Source of the DNA: Ginglymostoma cirratum
Lineage: Eukaryota
Length of the DNA stretch: 64,000 bases
Assembly (NCBI GenBank): GCA_024137785.1
Contig: JAHRHZ010000029.1
Coordinates: forward strand, 7,601,253 to 7,665,252
Direction: 5' to 3'
The stretch's first letter is position 1. Every line of letters begins with the position of its first letter. Both the position numbers and the translations under genes were made by a program. Below are positions 49,871 to 62,329 of the stretch, piece by piece. Below the pieces are notes generated by a model. That model was not told where the DNA came from, made no database searches, and saw only the letters and a program-made list of their open reading frames with translations.

Positions 49871-50331
49871 TTCTTTCTCTTGGCGGAATTTTAAATATAA
49901 ACCTTTACATTAATCCATTGTAAGGATTGCGGTGTAAATTGATTGTTACGTTATTAAGATCTAGTGGAACAAGCTAACATAAAAGCACACAAATGTCTCT
50001 GCATGCCATTACCCTTCTTAGGATTTTTATTTAAATACAGCCACATTTTCCAAAATCTAATTTTAAAAGAAACGAGACATAAATCTTCCCCAAGACATGG
50101 TAATCCCAAACAGGTCAAAAAATCTGTTGATTTATTTTTCCTGAACAAAACATAATTTGCATTTATGCATTACCTTGAGTGATTTTGGAAAGGTGTACTC
50201 ACTGATGCAATTTAGGAAACATGGGGCAAAATTTTCAGACAGATAGTACACACAGTGTAACTTCCCTGCTCTTCCCTGTGATAAGATGCTGCTAAACTTG
50301 AAAGGGTTCAGAAAAGATTTATAAGGATGTT

Positions 50332-51623
50332 AGACAACAAGGTGTAGAGCTGGATGAACACAGCAGGCCAAGCAGCATCAGAGGAGCAGGAAAGCTGACG
50401 TTTCGGGCCTAGACCCTTCATCAGAAATGGGGGAGGGGAAGAGGGTTCTGAAATAAATAGGGAGAGAGGGGGAGGTGGATAGAAGATGGATAGAGGAGAA
50501 GATAGGTGGAGAGGAGACAGACAAGTCAAAGAGGCGGGGATGGAGCCAGTAAAGGTGAGTGTAGGTGGGGAGGTAGGGAGGAGATAGGTCAGTCCAGGGA
50601 GGACGGACAGGTCAAGGGGGCGGGATGAGGTTAGTAGGTAGGAGATGGGGGTGTGGCTTGAGGTGGAAGGAGGGGATAGGTGAGGGGAAGGACAGGTTAG
50701 GGAGGCGGGGACGAGCTGGGCTGGTTTTGGGATGCGGTCGGGGGAGGGGAGATTTTGAAGCTTGTGAAGTCCACCTTGATACCATTGGGCTGCAGGGTTC
50801 CCAAGCGAAATATGAGATGCTGTTCCTGCAACCTTCGGATGGCATCGTTGTGGCACTGCAGGAGGCCCAGGATGGACATGTCATCTGGGAAATGGGAGTG
50901 GGAATTGAAATGGTTCGCGACTGGGAGGTGCAGTTGTTTGTTGCGAACCGAGCGTAGGTGTTCCACAAAGCAGTCCCCAAGCCTCCCCTTGGTTTCCCCG
51001 ATGTAGAGGAGGCCACAACGGAACAGCGGATACAGTATACCACATTAGCAGATGTGCAGGTGAACATCTTATTGATGTGGAAGGTTTACTTAGGGCCTGG
51101 GATGGGGGTGAGGGGCGTGGTGTAGGGACACGTTTAGCACTTCCTGCAGTTGCAGGGAAAAGTGCCGGGTGTGGTGGGGCTGGAGGGGAGTGTGGAGCGG
51201 ACAAGGGAGTCATGGAGAGAGTGGTCCCTCCGGAAAGCAGATAAGGGTGGGGAGGGAAAAATGTCTTTGGTGGTGGGGTCGGATTGCAGATGGCAGAAGT
51301 GCGGGAGGATGATGCTTTGGATCCGGAGGTTGGTGGGGTGGTAAGTGAAGACGAGGGGGATTCTGTTTTGGTTGTTATTGCGGGGAGGGAGTTTGAGGGA
51401 TGAGTTGCAGGAAATGCAGGAGACACGGTCGATGGCATTCTTGACCACTGACGGGGGGAAGTTGCGGTCCTTGAAAAACGAGGACATCTGAGATGTTCAG
51501 GAGTGGAATACCTCATTCTGGTAGCAGATGCGGCGGAGGCAAAGGAATTGGGAATAAGGGATGGCATTTTTGCAGGAAGGTGAATGGGAGGAGGTGTATT
51601 CTAGGTAGCTGTGGGAGTCGGTG
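50332..51623 (-). mobile_element. Penelope-like copy F (short end, 5'-truncated, no TSD)
   Basis: GIY-YIG C-terminus ORF 50697-50966; linker ORF 51134-51487 (IPLVFTYHP, TFPCNCRKC). Confidence 0.94.
50397..50424 (-). ncRNA. Minimal hammerhead ribozyme motif (intact core)
   Basis: Reverse complement CTGATGA-A-GGGT-CTAG-GCCC-GAAAC-GTC. Confidence 0.7.
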
Positions 51624-53140
51624 GCCAGGTTGGAGGTTTGAGCTGTAGGGAGAAGTTGAATTGGCTGGGGCTATTTTCCCTAGAACATTGGAGGCTGAGG
51701 GGTGATCTTATAGAGTTTTTTAAGTCACAAGGGGCATAAATAGGACGAATAGCCAAGGTCTTTTCCCAAAGGTAAGGGAGTCCAAAACTAGACGGCATGG
51801 GTTTAAGGTGAGAGGAGAAATATTTAAAAGGGTTCTAAGGGGTAACATTTTCACGCAGAGAGTAGTGCGTGTATGGAACAACTGCCAGAGGAAGTGGTGG
51901 AGGCTGGTACAATTACAACATTTAAAAGGCATCTGGATGGATCCATGAATAGGAAGGGTTCAGAAGGGTATGAACCAAATGGTGGCAAATGGGACTAGAT
52001 TAATTTAGGATATCTGGTCGGCATGGACAAATTGGACTGAAGGGTCAGTTTCCATGCTGTACATCTCGATGACTGTACGATCCATTCCACTGGACAGGCC
52101 AAGCAAGGCATTGTTTTATAATTTCATCTGAATTCTGCACGACTGACATTATAACATTCCCTCAGTACTGCACCAGGATTGTCAGACTAGAGTTGTCCTT
52201 GACAGCCTCAACATGATGTAGTACTTGAGGTTTTGGGCTGAATTTTCCCATTTTTTTGGCAAATTTTCCCATTTTTCAATAAGATTCGTGGCCCATGAAG
52301 CCAAGTTAGATCCTTGGTTTTCTAACAGGTTCCTCATGGTGCTGGTGAATGGAATGGTGCGATAGGATCTTTCCTACTGACTGACTAACGGGGCTACACT
52401 ACCAGATTCCAAGCCTGGACAGAGACAGCATCTCAGGGCAGTGCAGCATCAAGGAGAAAACCTCATGCCCAGTAGCTCATGAAGAAACTTGAGACGGGGT
52501 GATACTATGAAAAGCAGAGGCCCTTGCATAGTCTCTAACCAGAACACTGCGCAGGGGGCTGACCCCTCCACCCGAACCCTACCTAAACCCCGTCTCCAAC
52601 CCTTGGAACTTCCAGCTGAAGAGCAATACCTTGCATCTGGCAAGAGGACTCTTGACCTGCCTGGCCCACTGCTGATTGCCGATATGCCTTGAAAGACAAG
52701 TCAGCCCTTGCAGGGCATCATAGCAGTGCATCGGTAGATGCCAGGATGGAGGCAATGAAAATAGAGTGCCAATATCCATGTGGAAGGGTCCTTGCAGTGC
52801 TCCTGATGAATTGCTTTGCAGTTTTTCCGTGAGCGAGATGGAGGTCATTCTGAGGAGGTGGTGAACCTGCCAAGAACCCCCTCTGGTTTCTATACCAAGT
52901 GTTCCAGAGGGCTAGTTTGTATGGTGAGTTTGATCGGATTGCAATCCATGGTGAAGGTTGGGCTGTTAGCAAGTCATTTAAATGAGCAGCAATGATCAAA
53001 TTAGCAACTCTCCACTGATGACTAAGAATCTCTACACGCTCATTGAGAAAAGTGTATAAAATGCAGTGAAATGATCTTGCTGTTAAAATGGGCCTTGCCA
53101 AACATCTCACCACAGCCCATGCCAGCCAAAGCCAGGGTAA

Positions 53141-53329
53141 TAGTCGAAATCACACAACACCAGGTTATAGTCCAAAAGATTTATTTGAAAATACAAGCTT
53201 TTGGAGCTTCTCTCCTTCTTCAGGTGTTTCAGAGTGAATTTGTGTTTGCAAATAAACCTGTTGGACTGTAATCTGGCATCATGTGATTTCTGACCTTGTC
53301 CACCCAGTCCAACACCGGTACCTCCACAT
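53141..53329. mobile_element. Fold-back mini-element of a second, probably PLE-related family, with a hammerhead-like motif
   Basis: Inverted arms GAAATCACACAACACCAGGTTATAGTCCAAAAGATTTATTTG / CAAATAAACCTGTTGGACTGTAATCTGGCATCATGTGATTTC; minus-strand CTGAAGA-A-GGAG-AGAAG-CTCC-AAAAGCTT; possible TSD CAGGG(T/C)AA. Confidence 0.65.
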
Positions 53330-54001
53330 CAGGGCAAGGTTCCACTTTGTGACTCTAACATTGGGATATTAATCCACAAACTTCTGAATCAGCAGTGAAC
53401 GTCGCCAACAGAATCTTGGATTGTTAAACTGGATTGTAGAGGGGTGGAGTGGGAAGGAGGAGAAGTGGTAGAAACAATCCACTTTGGAAAAGGTGGCTTT
53501 TTAAAAAGCTGGGCACGCAGTTATTGAGAAGGAGCATTGATTTAACTCGCCTGTGAATACTGGCTCTCAGCCTTCTGCACTAGGTTACGGCATCATGAAA
53601 TGAACAGATGATTTTATGCAACACTTTTTTTTCTACCATAGGAAGATATTTCTTCTTCTCCCTTAATGGTTATTAAGTCTCCGAAGTCATATAAATTTGT
53701 CAGAATCTCATGAAAAGCTGCTGATTTAAGTTTATGGATTTTACAAAACCATCACCCCTCCCCCATCGCCACTCCTTTTATCCACCATTCATAATGACAC
53801 CACCATGAACATTAAAACCCAGGTCAGCAAGAATCTATGCACAAACTGAGAGCAGTACTGGGGATTGGAAAATACATGAACTAAGCTGTCTTGGGTTGGT
53901 CAAGCTAGGATCAGCTGCTCCTTGTCTTGTTCTGGTTCATGTAGACAGGGGTGCGGGGAATGGGAAACGGAGTAAGGCCTATGGAGCCACAGGTTGGTGC
54001 A

Positions 54002-54020
54002 CTACTGCCATCTAGTGTCT
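54002..54020 (-). promoter_or_regulatory. Candidate CTCF binding site
   Basis: Reverse complement AGACACTAGATGGCAGTAG versus core consensus CCACYAGRKGGCRS, one mismatch; lies outside recognised repeats. Confidence 0.5.
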
Positions 54021-54627
54021 CTGACAGATTCCAATCAGCAGCAGCGTCCACCTACAAATATCTTACCACAAGGTCTGACTGACTGATGCCCTGATGTGCA
54101 CTGGGTATCAGGCAGTGCCCATGTGCTGGGATGGGGCACATCAAAGAGCTGGTGGCCTAAAAAAAAGCTAAACCGTTTCAGACAAGGGTGTAGCTGACAC
54201 AGCGTGGAAAAAAAACAAGCTGAACCGGCGACCAACTGACTGCCGTCTGCAACATAGGAAGGCAGGTGTTTCCTTTCGACAGGCTGTTTGAGTTTTGTTT
54301 TGACCTGGTGGTTTTCATTACATGCACTTCTAGTTACAGTTTAACTCCATCACAGACATTTCACGTAGTTTGCTGTAGCTTGTAAACACAGAAAATGCAG
54401 CCTGAATTGAAAATGCAGCGGCAAAAAACAACCAGACCTTTGAAAAGAAAACAAGCTTACTCTAGTTCAATTGCAATATCCAAACTGGCTGATCCAGAGC
54501 TGCTTTCAGCTGGATTGTTTAAACATTGGCAAGGAGCTGTCGATGCTGACCTCAGAACACTCCCTTTTTTCTCTCTATTCCAGTAGAGTTCCGAAGTTTC
54601 TAATGTCGCATGTGGTAATTGAAAGAA

Positions 54628-54900
54628 AATACTTGCGTCTATGTAGCGCCTTTCATGCCCTCAATACATTCCTAAGTGCCTCACAGCGATTAAAATGTTT
54701 TTTCTTGATACGTAGTCAATGGTGTAATGTGATGAAAAGAGGTGGCCAATTTGCACACAGCAAGATCCCATGAATAGCCCTGAGCTAGGAGCCGAATAAT
54801 CTGTTTTATTGATTCTGATTGAGGGATAAATAATGGCTTGAACATGCTTCTGTGAAGTAGTGCCAAGAATCTTGAACACTCAAGTGAGCAGGCAGATTAT
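54628..54900 (-). mobile_element. DeuSINE 3' half
   Basis: ACTTGCGTCTATGTAGCGCCTTTCATG...GGCCAATTTGCACACAGCAAGATCCCA...GAGGGATAAATA. Confidence 0.75.
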
Positions 54901-55269
54901 CTTCCCTCACCTCCTTAAGACATTGGCTGACAAACCTAGACTATTTGACAAGCAGACCAAGCCCTCCAGCAGTTTAATACACAGACATACCAATTCAGTG
55001 AGTGTTATTTGCTATTCCATCATGGTGGGGAAATTTTGACCAAGACTGATGTTTTCCACACTTGGTGTTCACAGGTTGGTGATCTGGAATTGGTATGTCA
55101 GCTGGTTCTATCTCATTTCGAATCCAGGCTCTCTTCACAAGGTTTCAACTTTTGCCGCAGCATTGAGCATGGACTGGAGATCAGCCACCTAACCTTCCTG
55201 ATCCATCTCCGAAAGAATAACAATCCGTAATGGATAAGCTAATTAATGTGTTCCGGGTCCGTTCTCGTT

Positions 55270-55770
55270 TGGTTGGTGACTCTGTTGCTTCACTCCAGAG
55301 TCTTGAACTCATAATCCAACAATCCAGTGTAGTGCTGAGGGAGTGCTCTTCTGCCAACAGGAGGTACCATCTTTCAGATCAGATGTTAAGCAAGTGTATC
55401 ACATGTCTGATGAAGGGTTTAGGCCCGAAACGTCAAGTTTTCCTGCTCCTATGATGCTGCTTGACCTGCTGTGTTCATCCAGCCCCATGCTTGTTATCTT
55501 GTATCACATGTCTTCTCATGTGGACATCAAAGACATTATTTTGAAGAATAGCAGGGGAGATATCAAAGGGTGCTGGACAATATTTATCCATCAACCAATA
55601 TCATGAAAATAGATTATCTGATTTGGTTGTGTTTATGGAATCTTGCTGTGCACAAATTGTTTGCACCATTTCTTACACTGCAATACTGAGCACATGACAA
55701 GTAATGTTGTACTTTTTTGCAAAGCACTTTGGGAAATCTTGATTTTTTAAAATTCTACATAAATGCAAGG
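55270..55770 (+). mobile_element. DeuSINE interrupted by a PLE mini-element
   Basis: GAGGGAGTGCT...GGAGGTACCATCTTTCAGAT...TTTTGAAGAATAGCAGGGGAG...CAATATTTATCC.TCAACCAA...ATAAATGCAAG. Confidence 0.8.
55406..55499 (+). mobile_element. Hammerhead-bearing PLE mini-element with a 14-bp TSD (intact core 55407-55434)
   Basis: TSD TGTATCACATGTCT at 55395-55408 (last 3 nt overlap the element start) and 55500-55513. Confidence 0.9.
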
Positions 55771-56264
55771 CCTTCCTTATTTCCATCAGGTGCTGCATTA
55801 ATGTTCTTTCATAAGTTTACTGTTTGTGACAGTGACAGGCCAAATTAAGCAACACCAGGCTGATTTTCATCTTGAGGGCTTGGCTGTACAGTGTCACATG
55901 GGTACAATGAGGAAAATCAATGGTCAGCCGTCGCAGAAATGTGATCCTCCTCTAAGTGAATTCCTGCGATGTCATGTGATATTAAGGCACGCACAATACT
56001 CTTCACTAATAAATATTGCAAGCATATCAGAACATGGGAAGGAACATTGGAACAAACTTACATGAGAGATCATTCACCCCCTCGAGCCTGTTCAAATATT
56101 TAATTAGATTGTACCTAATGTGTATTTTACTTCCATCTATCTGCCTTGGTTCCATTCTTTTGAATACCCTTGTCTACAACAATAGCTACCACTCTCAATT
56201 CTGTAATTATCATTGACCTAATATCAGCAGGTTCTGGGGGACAGATTTCCACTGGAGACAAGTC

Positions 56265-56953
56265 CCCGTTGCATCAACTGAACTGAGGTTGATAGGGTGA
56301 AGATCATCGAGTTCCTCGGAGTGATGTGGACTTCCCACGTGGATGTGACAGTCATGAAGGCACAACAACGCTTCTTTTTCCTCAGTTGGCTCAGGAAATT
56401 TGGCATGTCCATAAGGTCCCTCACCAATGTCTACAGATGCACCATTGAAAACATACTGACTGGGTGCATAGTGGCCTGATATGGCAACTGCTCCCCCAAG
56501 GACCGTAAGAAACTACCGAAGATGGTGTGCACAGCCCAGACCATCACGGAAGCCAACCTTCCATCCATGGACTCCACTTATACGGCTCCTGCCACAGAAA
56601 GGCGGCCAACATCATCAAAGACCCATTGCACCCTGGTAATGCCCTCCTAAAACCTCATCTGTCAGGCAGAAGATACAGAAACCTGAACATACACACAAGC
56701 AGTTTCAGGAACAGCTTCTTCCCAGCCATTATCAGACTGTTGAATGGACTCTGTAGCCTCAAATAACACTGATCTTGCTAACTTTGATCTTGTGTAATGC
56801 ACGCCCTGTGCAATGTAACATGTATGTCTCTATCTAAGTCTTTTTGATCTGTACATCTTTTGCTTACTATGATCTGCCTGTACCACTCGTAAAGAAAGCT
56901 TTTCACTGTTTTTCAGTACAGGTGACAATAAATAAATAAATAAATAAAATCAA
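56265..56953 (+). mobile_element. Rex1/Babar-type LINE 3' fragment nested in a CR1 remnant
   Basis: EFLGV..WTSHVD.TVMKAQQRFFFL..LRKFGMS..LTN.YRCTIENILTGCIVA; ANIIKDPLHPG..L...LSGRRYR; (AATA)n tail. Confidence 0.85.
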
Positions 56954-57121
56954 TATTCCCAGTTGGCCTCGCTCCACCATTTGAAGTTGTGCATTTTTTT
57001 TCAGACTACAAAGATTCCTCACCATTTACTCCATCAAAAACTTTAATTACCTAAAATATCTTTGAAGAAAGTCTCAATTTATAAAGAGTCCACTCCCTTT
57101 GCTTTTATCTTTTTTAATTAT

Positions 57122-58220
57122 TTTATTCATTCTTGGGATGTGGGTATCACTGGCTGGGCCAGCATTTATTATCCATACTCCCCTGCCCTTGAAACAGCAG
57201 TGAACTGTTTTCTTGAACTCTGCAGTTCACATGGCTTACAGATATCTTCAATGTCGTTAGAGAGGGAGTTCTAGAATTTTGGCCAAGGCATAGCGAAGGA
57301 ACAATGATATATTTCCAAGTCAAAACACTGACTGGATTAGAGAAGAACTTGCAAATGACAATGTTCCCATGGATCTGCTGCCCTTGTCCTTCTAGATGGT
57401 ATTGGTTGTGGGTTTGGAAAGTGCTGTCTAAGGATATTTGGCACATTTCTGCAGTGTATCTTGTAGATATTACACACTGCTGCTATTGAACATCAGTGGT
57501 GGAGTAAGTGAATGTTTGCAGATGTGGTACCAATCAAACGGGCTTCTGGAATGGTGTCTAGCCTCTTGATTGTTGTTGGGGCTGCATTCATCCCAGAAAC
57601 TGCGGAATATTCCATCAGAATCCTGACATGTGCCTTATAGATTCTGGACAGGCTTTGGGGAAGTAGGGGGTGTGTTAGTTGTTGCCTTGCCACTGTAGGT
57701 ACAGTATTTATATGGTGAGTCCTGTTCAGCTTCTGGTCAATAGTAATCTCTCAAGATATTGATAGTGAGGATTGATGGAAATGCCATGATTGGTGATGAT
57801 TAGATCCCGTCTTTGAAGAAGGTCATTGCCTGGTGTGTTGCATGAACAATGGGCAAGCATTGTCACTTCTGACCTTATGATGAAGGGAAAGATCATTGAT
57901 GAAGCAGCTGAGGATAGTTGGGCCTAGGACACTACCCTGAGGAACTTTGTGCAAAGATGTCCTGGAGCTGAAATGACTGACCTCCAACAACTATAACCAT
58001 CTTCTGAGCCAGATATGGCTCCAACCAGCAGAGAGATATCCCCAATTCCTACTGTCTCATGTTTTTCTAGGTCTCCTTAATGCCACTCTCAATCAAGTAC
58101 AGCCTTGATGTCAAAGGCTGTCAATCTCACCTCACAGTGGAATTCAGCCCTGTTGACCATGTTTGAACCAAATCTGTAATGAGGTCAGGAGCATAATGGC
58201 CCGGGTAGAACCTAAGTTTT
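57122..58220 (-). mobile_element. Second CR1/L2-group LINE fragment
   Basis: ORF 57493-57693 LSRIYKAHVRILMEYS...PTTIKRLDTI; reverse-strand PQGSVLGPTILSCFINDL near 57895-57945. Confidence 0.85.
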
Positions 58221-60234
58221 GCATGACAAAATTGTGTTCTATTTACACATCTGGGTAGACTTCAATATCTTTATTTAAATATACAGACCTTGCTGAGAGA
58301 CCAATACCATTGGCTCCATTTTGTAAGCTGTCATTTTAAAAATAATCTGACAACCACAAGCACAAACATAGCCAATTGATTTTGTCCTGAAACAGAGAAA
58401 AAGTAAGTACAATTCAACCTTTTTACAGATTCTCTGTAAAGCACACACCTTTTAAAAACATTGAGAAGAAGGAAGCCCTGCTGCACACTCTAATCATACT
58501 GGACCAAGTAGAACCTGATTCCTGGAGGACTCTGCAAAATTGTTCTTTTGATATAGGGGTCATCAGCATTTTCCATTTGACATCTCTGTAACACATTACA
58601 TAGCTCAGTTTACTTAGGAGACCGACAGAGTATTCTGGGCCCCTTTGAACAGAGAACAAAAAGAGTTTGCAAGCTGATCTGTACAAGTGGAATTGTATTA
58701 CAGATAGAATAGGTCTTGCCTGTATGCAATTACTTAATCTGGTGCAGGTTCCTGCTGCTGTTAAAAATGAGGAAGCAACTTGGTGATAATAATCTTGCTG
58801 AATGACCCCAAACTTTCAAATAGATCATCTTAGCCTTCAGTCAGTTTGATGGTGTTCCTTGATCTCATCACTCATCTGAACCCCTTGTTGTTACTCTCGG
58901 CAGAAATATCAATTTAGACACTGAAAAGAGTTAATGAAAAATATTTTTAAATTCCCAGAGTAACAACTAATCTAGATTAAAGGAAAGAATTATCTCTGGT
59001 TACTTTCATGTGATTAAAGAGTGAGATCAATTTTTTCATGTGTCATACATGAATAATCCTGCACTTGTGAACTTAGGATGTAAATAATTATATTTTTCTT
59101 GATTTAAAGATTACAATATGTCACTGAATGTATAGATATAAAATAAATTGCGTTCCATTGTTTCATATAATACTGACAGGTGAAAGTAAAAATTAATGTT
59201 GCTGTAATTCAGGAATATGTTACCTGCTGTATGCATCTATTCTAGAGTCCCAAAAGGCATAAACTGGAAAGTAAGTACTCGCATTTATATAGCACCTTTC
59301 ACAATCTCGGGAAGCCTCAAATTCCTTTCTGGCCTATTGAGCTTTTTTTAAGTCTACTCAGAGGTGCAACAGCAAGAAATCCTGCAGCCAACTTGTACGC
59401 AGCAAGGTCCGAAATGTTGTCCAAAATGCCAGATAGAAAATCCGTGCTTTTCTTCAAGATATTAAAAAGATGTTTTTTAATGTGGTGTCTTCTCTAAGTT
59501 ACTGAAAGCTGGATCCAATACAACAAATTGTAGGCAAGAGAGATGTTTGTGTGCTTGTCCAACTGTGGGCTCAATTAATATTAATTAATATAAGAAAGAA
59601 TGAACTTTATTAATATAGCACCTGCCACATCCTCAGGACGTCCCAAAGTGCTTCACAGTTAATTAAGTGCAGTCACACTTGTTTAATAATCAAGTATCGT
59701 TGCTAATTTGCACCCAGACAGGTCCTACAAACTGCAAATAGTTTGAGGAAGGCAATGTTGACTAACAGACTAAGAGGACTTGCGCTTTTCTAACAACATG
59801 AAGACAAACACTAGCGGTGCCTGCAGATTTCCGTTGCAGTATTTCACCAGAAGCTCTTTTCATGTGTGTGAATGGGGGGAGGGGATTCCAGCTCACTACG
59901 CTATCTGAGCTGCTACTCATGATAAAGATTGCCGCCTCCATCCACTTTCAATGTTGAGATCCACAGGGCCTGCTTGGTCTAGTGTGGTAGAGGAAAACCA
60001 CCTCTGGTCCAACTAGAAGAGCCCCTTGTAGTTAACAATTTCTAGTTTATTGCATGTTAGCTACTAGTTACAGGTTACATTGATATAATAGACATTGTTA
60101 CAGAGAGTTTGAGGAGAACCAGATGTTAGATCTCCCTATTAGACAGCCTGAGTTGTAGTGACCTCAATTCCACAAGACATCATTATAGTGGGAGAACCTT
60201 CTGGCATCGCACTGTATTAATCCTTTCAGACATC

Positions 60235-60605
60235 AGGCTGAATAGGCTGGAGCTTTTTGCCCTGAACCTTACAGAGGTTTATAAAATCATGAGGGGCATG
60301 TATAGGGTGAATGGTTTAGGTCTTTTCCCTAGGATAGGGGAGCCCAAAATGAGAGGGGAAAGATTTAAAAGGGACCTAAGGGGCAACATTTTCACACAGA
60401 GGGTGATGTGTGTATGGAATGAGCTGCCACAGGAAGTGGTGGAGGCTGGTACAATTACAACATTTAAAAGGCATCAGGATGGATGTATGAATAGGAAGGG
60501 TTTAGAGGGATATGGGCCAAATGCTGGCAAATGGGACTAGATTAATTTAGGATATCTGGTCCGCATGAATGTGTTGGACCAAAGGGTCTGTTTCTGTGCC
60601 TATGA
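60235..60605 (+). mobile_element. CR1 3' fragment
   Basis: ORF 60289-60540 RGERFKRDLRGNIFTQRVMCVWNELPQEVVEAGTITTFKRH. Confidence 0.92.
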
Positions 60606-62052
60606 CCAAACAGCAGCACCCTCCCACCCCAGAAAGGAAATTCATATCTCCCCCCAGAGGGTGAGTAGACACATGGAGTATTTGTTGGTGAATTGGATCT
60701 GTATTTTGGACAGGACATGCTTCAGCAATTTTCACACAGTACATATTACCAGCATTTGACTGTACTGGGACAGCATACCTTCACCTACAGCTAGTTCTGA
60801 AGCGCAAATCTTCAGCACCACAGCCAAGTTCGACTTTTTGCTGAAGTCAGTGGATTGGGATTTGAAATCACTAATTCCCTCTGACTCAGAAGTGTGTACT
60901 ACAGCTGAACCACAGCTAACAGTCAGGGAATCAGACATTAACATACATGAAATTATGAAGTATGATATTAGTGTGGAATGCTTAATGTATTTATACAAAA
61001 TTGTTTTGCACTCTAACTTACCTACTTAAAATAAATGATCTAAGATCTTCTACATAATGGACGCAGCATTTTCATACAAACACTTTAAGTGTTCATACTG
61101 CAACCTGACTGCAAGATTTCAGGGCCACAGAGATTAATGGGTACTTGGAAGTGATTACCAGGGAGTAATTGAATCAAGGTGTTGGATGGCTTATATGTGA
61201 AATAGTGAATACCTGGGAATGATTACAAGGCAGTAATCTAGTTAAAGGTTCAGCTGGTGTTATAAACACCAAGTAAGGATTGGATTACAACATTAAAATC
61301 AGGTTAATTTGTTCCCCATTTTTGTGCTTTTATTTTGTTAATGGTATGTTCTAGAACTGACAAGAGGAATTCAACCAGTCAGCATTTCCATGATGATTCT
61401 CTCACTGATGAATTAACTGCTGCTATTAATTACTTGGGTTGATGGAGTGATATTCTGTGATTTACCACTGTGCCTTTTCTTGACACCATTAGTATGTAAC
61501 CAGCCTTTTACTTATTCCACAAGATCAGTCAGTGCTGCTGATTTGAGCTCTCTCGCAGAGTTTTTTTAAAAAGCGGTCACTTTTAATGCTACCTGGCAAG
61601 CAGGCAATGGCAAATGAGTAGTCACTGAAACCTTGACCCTTTCTCACTATTTCTCTTTTTAACCTGAAGGGTTTTGGCAGGACTTTCTTTTTTCTTATCA
61701 TTATCTCTGTGCTCAATAGTCTAGGTACAGAAAAAGAAGAGCTACATTTAGCCATTTTGAGTTAAAGTGTTTTTTTGAGTGAGATTCGTGGCACCTGGCC
61801 CACCACAGCTCACAGTGAGTTTTCTTACACAATCTCCAGCTCTTCAGCTCACTAGTTGTGTTCCTGGGCTCTCTAGTACCCTTCTCATGGACTCGCATGG
61901 ACGGAGAGAAGCAGAATTGCTCGCCCCAGCTGGGACCTTCCAGTTTTCACACTCCTGGAGCCTTATGTTGAAGCAGAGCTGCAACCACTTCAGAGACTGC
62001 AAGTCAAGCATTCTCCTTCATACTACAGCACTCGACTGTCATCACTGATGGC

Positions 62053-62280
62053 ATGGGCCAGGAAAGGAAGCTGGCACATCACTTCACCAACAGGGATCAG
62101 GAGTTGTTCTGGGGCTAAGTAGCAGAGAGGAAGACTGCCTTTTATCCTGTGGATCACCAAATAAGGCCATGCCATGACACTTGGACTGAGTTAGTGGCCA
62201 TTGTCAGTGCTGTGTCCCAGGTAAAACATAATATACAGAGTGCAGGAAGTGGAGAATGATCTTTTGCTCTCTGCCACCAG
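62053..62280 (+). pseudogene. Myb/SANT-like DNA-binding ORF remnant, probably from a PIF/Harbinger transposon; likely continues at ~63640-64000
   Basis: MGQERKLAHHFTNRDQELFWG*VAERKTAFYP..RP..TWTELVAIVSAVSQVK..Q / CRKW / NDLLLSA (F..E..L, W..VA..V, CRKxWNDL pattern) with a stop and frameshifts. Confidence 0.55.
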
Positions 62281-62329
62281 CTTCTCTGTGCTCTTTCAGG
62301 GCTAGCACCTACTCTAACTCTGCCAAGGC

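Larger units (their letters stand above)
50281..52080 (+). mobile_element. CR1 3' fragment split by PLE copy F
   Basis: ...AAAGGGTTCAGAAAAGATTTATAAGGATGTT | GCCAGGTTGGAGGTTTGAGCTG... rejoins across the PLE. Confidence 0.88.

Noticed and set aside
58289-58410. Minus-strand acceptor TTTTTCTCTGTTTCAG with an open frame (TKSIGYVCACGCQIIFK...)
   Set aside because: Weak donor (GTCTGT) and unrecognisable peptide; compatible with chance
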